Assembly: GCA_002269645.1 (NCBI GenBank)
Contig: NIVC01001187.1
Coordinates: 372,001-436,000 of the forward strand
Origin: Macrostomum lignano
Lineage: Eukaryota
Length of the DNA stretch: 64,000 nt
Reading direction: 5' to 3'
Shown here: one piece after another, positions 59,401-64,000 of the stretch
Layout of the letters: each line of letters begins with the position of its first letter
How positions within the stretch are numbered: position 1 is the stretch's first letter
The notes under the pieces: generated by a model
What the model was told of the DNA's origin: nothing
The model's input: the letters and a program-made list of their open reading frames with translations, nothing else
Databases searched by the model: none
Program-made: the position numbers and the translations under genes

Positions 59401-61657
59401 AGGCGGGCTGGTTGGCTATTCCAAGCAGAAATGAGCCCAAGTTCAAGCGACCCCCGGCGCTGCTGTGTAATTAACGGGCAACAAACCAAAGCTGAAGCTG
59501 CGGGCGAAGACAGGCTGCGCTGTGCCGGAAGTTCTGCTGGCTGAGGGGCGCAACAGGCCGGCCAGATGATGGGGCAAAGTCAACGGCTCAGCAAAGTCCC
59601 ACACAGACAGACACACGCGCAGGGGAGGCTGGGGAAGCCAAAAAAGCGGGAGGGGGATAACAAGCGAAGGAATTCCCCAGAGGATAATTTTCCAAGTTTT
59701 CTCCCGGACACTTCCTTGGCAGAAAGGATTTCCAGAAATAAGATTGACGCCCGGCCAAGACAGGCGCGGAGGCTGGACAGCGATGAAGATGATGATGCTG
59801 ATGAGGTCAGGCGTGACGCGCGGGTTTATGGGAAGAAAAGTCCAGTCCGTGTCGGCACCCCTGGACTTAATGAAGAAGATGTTCCAGGCGGGGGCGGTGC
59901 CCGGCACTCCCGGAGCTCTAATTACCTGGCCTCAAGACCAGACTAAAATAACAAAATAAATGCAAACGGAAAAGCTTCCGGTCGGTTTTGTTAAAGTGCA
60001 AAACTTCGGTAGAGACTGGCTTAATGACTGCATGCGCGTCAATAATGCTTTGTTAGTCAATTTTAGTCAATGGATTAACAACGGTACAACATTCGGGTGG
60101 CAACAGAATGCAACAACAACAAATGACTCTGGCAGAGGGACTGAACTGATGGAACAGGCTGGGTTCAATAATGCAGTTCCCATTTGCCATCACCACAGTC
60201 TGGCATTGACAATGTTCAAAGACGTGCAAACTTTTTAGCGAGATGGAAGCGTCCACTTGACTGAGGCTTCGGGATCTGATTTGGCTCAAGGACTACCATA
60301 ACTATCACAAATTACACCTGAATGTCATCGCACCTTTCTCGGAATCTTCGCGCCTCTGGCCAGCTGGAGATTCTGCTTTTGTTTGCATTTGATTTTAAGC
60401 TGGATGCTTGCTTGCGGCACTGTAATCCATACTGTAATCCATACTGTATTCCATACTGTATTCCATACTGTATTCCATACTGTATTCCATCCTGTATTCC
60501 ATACTGTATTCCATCCTGTATTCCATACTGTAATCCATCCTGTATTCCATACTGTATTCCATACTGTATTCCATACTGTATTCCATACTGTAATCCATAC
60601 TGTATTCCATACTGTATTCCATACTGTATTCCATACTGTATTCCATACTGTATTCCATACTGTAGTCCATACTGTATTCCATACCGTATTCCATACTGTA
60701 GTCCATACTGTATTCCATACTGTATTCCATACTGTATTCCATACTGTAGTCCATACTGTATTCCATACTGTAATCCATGCCTCAGATGGTGTCTGTTTAC
60801 TTCAAAAAATGTCTGTTTATCACAGAGTGTCTGTTTCCTCGGAAGGTGTCTTATTACTCAGAGTGTTTCTGGTTTAGCCTAAAAGGTGTCTGTTTATCTG
60901 AGATTGTGTCTGTTTATCTCAGATTGTGTCTGCTTTATCTGAGATTGTGTTTGTTTATCTGAGATTGTGTCTGTTTATCTCAGATTGTGTCTGTTTATCT
61001 GAGATCGTGTCTGTTTATCTGAGATTGTGTCTGTTTATCTGAGATCGTGTCTGTTTATCTCAGATTTTGTCTGTTTATCTCAGATTGTGTCTGTTTATCT
61101 CAGATTGTGTCTGCTTTATCTGAGATTGTGTCTGTTTATCTCAGATTTTGTCTGTTTATCTGAGATTGTGTCTGTTTATCTGAGATCGTGTTTGTTTATC
61201 TCAGATTGTGTCTGTTTATCTGAGATCGCATCTGTTTATCTCAGATTGCGTCTGTTCATCTCAGAGTGTGTCTGTTTATGTCAGATTGTGTCTGTTTATC
61301 TGAGATTGTGTCTGTTTATCTGAGATTGTGTCTGTTTATCTCAAACAGACGGTTCTGTCCCGTCAACACGGCTCAGCAGGGGATTCCTTTGAAGCGCCGA
61401 GAAGTGCTCAGCCCCCCCTCCCAAAGAACTGCAGCCTCGGTCCACTCCGATCGAACTCAGTAGAGAACCGGGTTTTCTGCTGCTTTGATCCGAGAACTCT
61501 CGGGCGAGCCCGCACTCCCCCCCCCATCAGCCCCATAAGGTGAACTTTGCTCCGCTCACCGACTTTCTTCATCAGGATTGGCTCGCCCAGCTCCACGAAA
61601 AAGAAGACGTTCTTCTGGTACTCCTCGTAGTCGATGATTCGAACATTGATAAACTGC
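56123..61657 (-). CDS. NCX: Na+/Ca2+ exchanger (SLC8/NCX), 3' six exons (CBD2 end, C-terminal TM block, alpha-2 repeat)
   Basis: Minus-strand exons 61657-61560, 59384-59272, 58617-58518, 58431-58303, 57461-57303, 56499-56123, phases consistent. Motifs: GRPRLGE...ESVEFKNTVDRMLKKANLSLVVGTSSWKEQF, LPSCGDYIMHFLTIFWKLLFAFVPPT, GTSLPDTFASK, GNVTGSNAVNVFLGIG, ends YCYIDGF*. Remaining exons lie beyond 64000. Confidence 0.95.
56812..56878 (-). mobile_element. tRNA-derived SINE-like head / tRNA pseudogene in NCX last intron
   Basis: Minus strand GGGGCCG TAGCCCAGCGG TAGCGCA...GACCCA GGCTCGATTCC AAG: perfect Pol III A box and 1-mismatch B box at tRNA-like spacing (43 nt). Acceptor and T stems do not pair. 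Confidence 0.5.
56908..57265. repeat. 12 bp repeat GAGCACTGCTTT
   Basis: ~29 copies in the last NCX intron. Confidence 0.95.
57303..57461 (-). CDS. NCX exon
   Basis: ctccgcag|ATTAT: DYAGGWLCF...IGDLASSFGCTVGLTDAVTAITFVALGTSLP; G|gtgagt. Confidence 0.96.
58140..58290. repeat. Short degenerate CCTCACACCCTCCTCATAT repeat
   Basis: Includes a 36 bp duplication, next to the NCX donor at 58302. Confidence 0.7.
58303..58431 (-). CDS. NCX exon
   Basis: gttttcag|GAGAT: GDGNEDEGDGTGDGEEKLPSCGDYIMHFLTIFWKLLFAFVPPT; G|gtgagc. Confidence 0.96.
58518..58617 (-). CDS. NCX exon
   Basis: ccctgcag|AAC: NTVDRMLKKANLSLVVGTSSWKEQFIEAITVSA; G|gtgagt. Confidence 0.96.
58670..59271. repeat. 19 bp repeat CACAGCCCCTCACCCACCC (minus: GGGTGGGTGAGGGGCTGTG)
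   Basis: ~31 copies starting at the NCX donor 59271. Confidence 0.95.
59272..59384 (-). CDS. NCX exon (CBD2 C-terminal strand)
   Basis: gcccgcag|GCCCC: GPHLEEDVDCAETEMAGRPRLGELTRVKVNIVESVEFK; AAG|gtgggt. Confidence 0.92.
60418..60778. repeat. 12 bp repeat CCATACTGTATT
   Basis: ~30 copies. Confidence 0.96.
60785..61345. repeat. 20 bp repeat GAGATTGTGTCTGTTTATCT
   Basis: ~27 copies, abutting the 12 bp array. Confidence 0.94.
61560..61657 (-). CDS. NCX exon (CBD2, equivalent of vertebrate mutually exclusive exon A/B)
   Basis: attttcag|G CAG: QFINVRIIDYEEYQKNVFFFVELGEPILMKKV; G|gtgagc. Resembles NCX1 ISVKVIDDEEYEKNKTFFLEIGEP. Confidence 0.9.
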
Positions 61658-62139
61658 CTGAAAATTGGGCGGGCGGCAGGCTTGGGAATCAAATCCCATC
61701 TAGAATCCCAGGCGGCTCCCCCGCTCCCCCCAATCTGCACTGAACTCGCGGGGCTTCAGTGATGGATGGCCGGCACGCAGTGACTGACCCGCATTGCTGC
61801 CGCCTACTCGCCGCCTTGAGCCCTCCGGCAGCTTCATCCCCAGCTCCTACCCGAGTTTGTTATTTCTGCTCCTGCCGGGGCGGGCGGGGAGGAGAAAACG
61901 GGAAAAGTGGAAGAGCTGCGGGCGAAAGACGCTGCTTTTGGAATGAGGCGAATTCGCATCGAATGAATGCATGGGGAATCAGCTCGGGCCGACTGCCGCC
62001 TCCCCCTGCCGCACTGCTGCCCAGCCTCAGGAGTCTGCCGCCTCATCTTTCGCCCCACTTTTCCCGGAGCTGGCTCGCATGTTTTTTATTGCTAAGTGAG
62101 GCTGAGTTCCCTGCTCACACCGGCCTTCATCATGAGTCC

Positions 62140-62660
62140 TGCACCGCCTCTCACTCAGGCTGTCACTCTGGCTGTCACTCCAGATTTCACTCCGGCTTTC
62201 ACTCTGGCTTTCACTCCGACTGTCACCCCGGTTGTCACTCCGGGTTTCAACCCGGCTATCACTCGGGCTGTCACTCCTGGTTTCACTCCGACTGTCACTC
62301 TGGGCTTCACTCCGGGTTTCACTCCGGCTGTCACTCCGACTGTCACCCCAGCTGTCACTCCGACGACTGTCACTCCGACTGTCACCCCGGCTGTCACTCC
62401 TGGTTTCACTCCGACTGTCACTCTGGGCTTCACTCCGGGTTTCACTCCGGCTGTCACTCCGACTGTCACCCCAGCTGTCACTCCGACGACTGTCACTCCG
62501 ACTGTCACCCCGGCTGTCACTCCTGGTTTCACTCCGACTGTCACTCTGGGCTTCACTCCGGGTTTCACTCCGGCTGTCACTCCTACTGTCATTCCGTCTC
62601 TCACTCCGCCTTCACTCCAACTGTCACTCCGGCTTTACTCTTTCCGTCATTTCAGCTTTC
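62140..62660. repeat. 12 bp CACTCCGGCTGT-type repeat with 123 bp higher-order period
   Basis: TCACTCCTGG recurs at 62271, 62394, 62517. Confidence 0.92.
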
Positions 62661-63114
62661 ACTCTTAATCTCACTCCGATTTTACTCTAGCTGTCTAATT
62701 TAGCTCCAATTTAGCTCTCTAAAGCCGAGCTCACTCCACAAAGCCGCACAATTGCACCCAAATCCCAAAACGAATGACTTGGGGGATAATTTGCCGGGGG
62801 AGAATTTTGGACAATTTCGTCAATCGCCGGCATTCCGAGGCGCCGCCAGGCCGATCGGTCGGAGCGGCCCGTCAGTTTCAAGCGTTCGCTGGAGCTCTTC
62901 CAGCTCTTCCCCATGGTAGTGAAAAACTCCCAATCCAGTGCTGGGATATTTTTCCCAAAAAAGTCTGGGTGGATTTTTCGGAACATTTCTGGTGTCATAA
63001 AAGTCGCCGCAATTCAATTCCGGCCGCTTGGTGGGATCCGAACTGCATGCGAGTTGCGGATCGTGCGGCGGATTAGTGAGAAAGTGCATTCAGACAGGTT
63101 TCATAGACACTTTC

Positions 63115-64000
63115 GATGGAGAGTCAGATGCTCAGGATGGAGAGTCAGATGCTCAATATGAGAGTCAGATGCTCAGGATGGAGAGTCAGATGCTCAGGAT
63201 GGAGAGTCAGATGCTCAGTATGAGAGTCAGATGCTCAGTATGAGATTCAGATGCTCAATATGAGAGTCAGATGCTCAGGATGGAGAGTCAGATGCTCAAT
63301 ATGAGAGTCAGATGCTCAGTATGAGAGTCAGATGCTCAGGATGGAGAGTCAGATGCTCAGGATGGAGAGTCAGATGCTCAATATGAGAATCAGATGCTCA
63401 GTATGAGAGTCAGATGCTCAGTATGAGATTCAGATGCTCAATATGAGAGTCAGATGCTCAATATGAGAGTCAGATGCTCAGTATGAGAGTCAGATGCTCA
63501 GGATGGAGAGTCAGATGCTCAGGATGGAGAGTCAGATGCTCAGTATGAGAGTCAGATGCTCAATATGAGAGTCAGATGCTCAGGATGGAGAGTCAGATGC
63601 TCAATATGAGAGTCAGATGCTCAGTATGAGAGTCAGATGCTCAGGATGGAGAGTCAGATGCTCAGGATGGAGAGTCAGATGCTCAATATGAGAATCAGAT
63701 GCTCAGTATGAGAGTCAGATGCTCAGTATGAGATTCAGATGCTCAATATGAGAGTCAGATGCTCAATATGAGAGTCAGATGCTCAGTATGAGAGTCAGAT
63801 GCTCAGGATGGAGAGTCAGATGCTCAGGATGGAGAGTCAGATGCTCAGTATGAGAGTCAGATGCTCAATATGAGAGTCAGATGCTCAATATGAGAGTCAG
63901 ATGCTCAGGATGGAGAGTCAGATGCTCAATATGAGAGTCAGATGCTCAGTATGAGAGTCAGATGCTCAGGATGGAGAGTCAGATGCTCAGGATGGAGAGT
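63115..64000. repeat. 20-21 bp repeat GAGAGTCAGATGCT + (CAGGATG|CAATAT|CAGTAT)
   Basis: ~43 copies, truncated by window end. Confidence 0.96.

Noticed and set aside
59566-60238. ORFs 59566-59946 (+), 59443-59907 (-) and 59960-60238 (+) inside an NCX intron
   Set aside because: No similarity to NCX or any family I recognise and no exon-like boundaries in frame.
62711-63089. Possible further NCX exon (expected GEDFEDT-type CBD2 segment)
   Set aside because: No minus-strand frame gives NCX-like sequence with a phase-2 donor; upstream exons are presumed beyond 64000.

Overview
Metazoan (eukaryotic) genomic DNA with four intron-containing protein genes, reconstructed by hand from GT-AG boundaries and frame continuity. 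(1) HUWE1, a giant HECT E3 ligase: + strand, 12 exons 1062-21294, 3622 aa in window, N-terminus upstream. (2) A stomatin/band-7 (SPFH) gene with a long N-terminal extension: +, 8 exons 25484-49832, 359 aa. (3) A protein with two degenerate cyclic-nucleotide-binding domains: +, 3 exons 51567-53686, 332 aa. (4) The 3' part of a Na+/Ca2+ exchanger (NCX/SLC8): - strand, 6 exons 61657-56123. About half of the window (~31 kb by my manual tally) is ~40 distinct tandem arrays with 4-46 bp units; these produce nearly all the long repetitive ORFs in the supplied track, which are not genes. All 20 reconstructed introns >=247 bp contain at least one array, and none of the 5 introns <=185 bp does. Several arrays appear amplified in place from an exon edge (NCX stop codon, an NCX splice donor, two acceptors). 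Others share cores across genes, form an inverted foldback-like pair, or carry perfect CRE, DR1 or AP-1+CCAAT motifs. Also seen: a tRNA-derived SINE-like head and candidate unannotated exons. GC-rich exons with poly-Ala/Gln tracts and minisatellite-filled introns suggest a Macrostomum-like flatworm (inference only). No CRISPR array, rRNA, intact tRNA or transposase was found.
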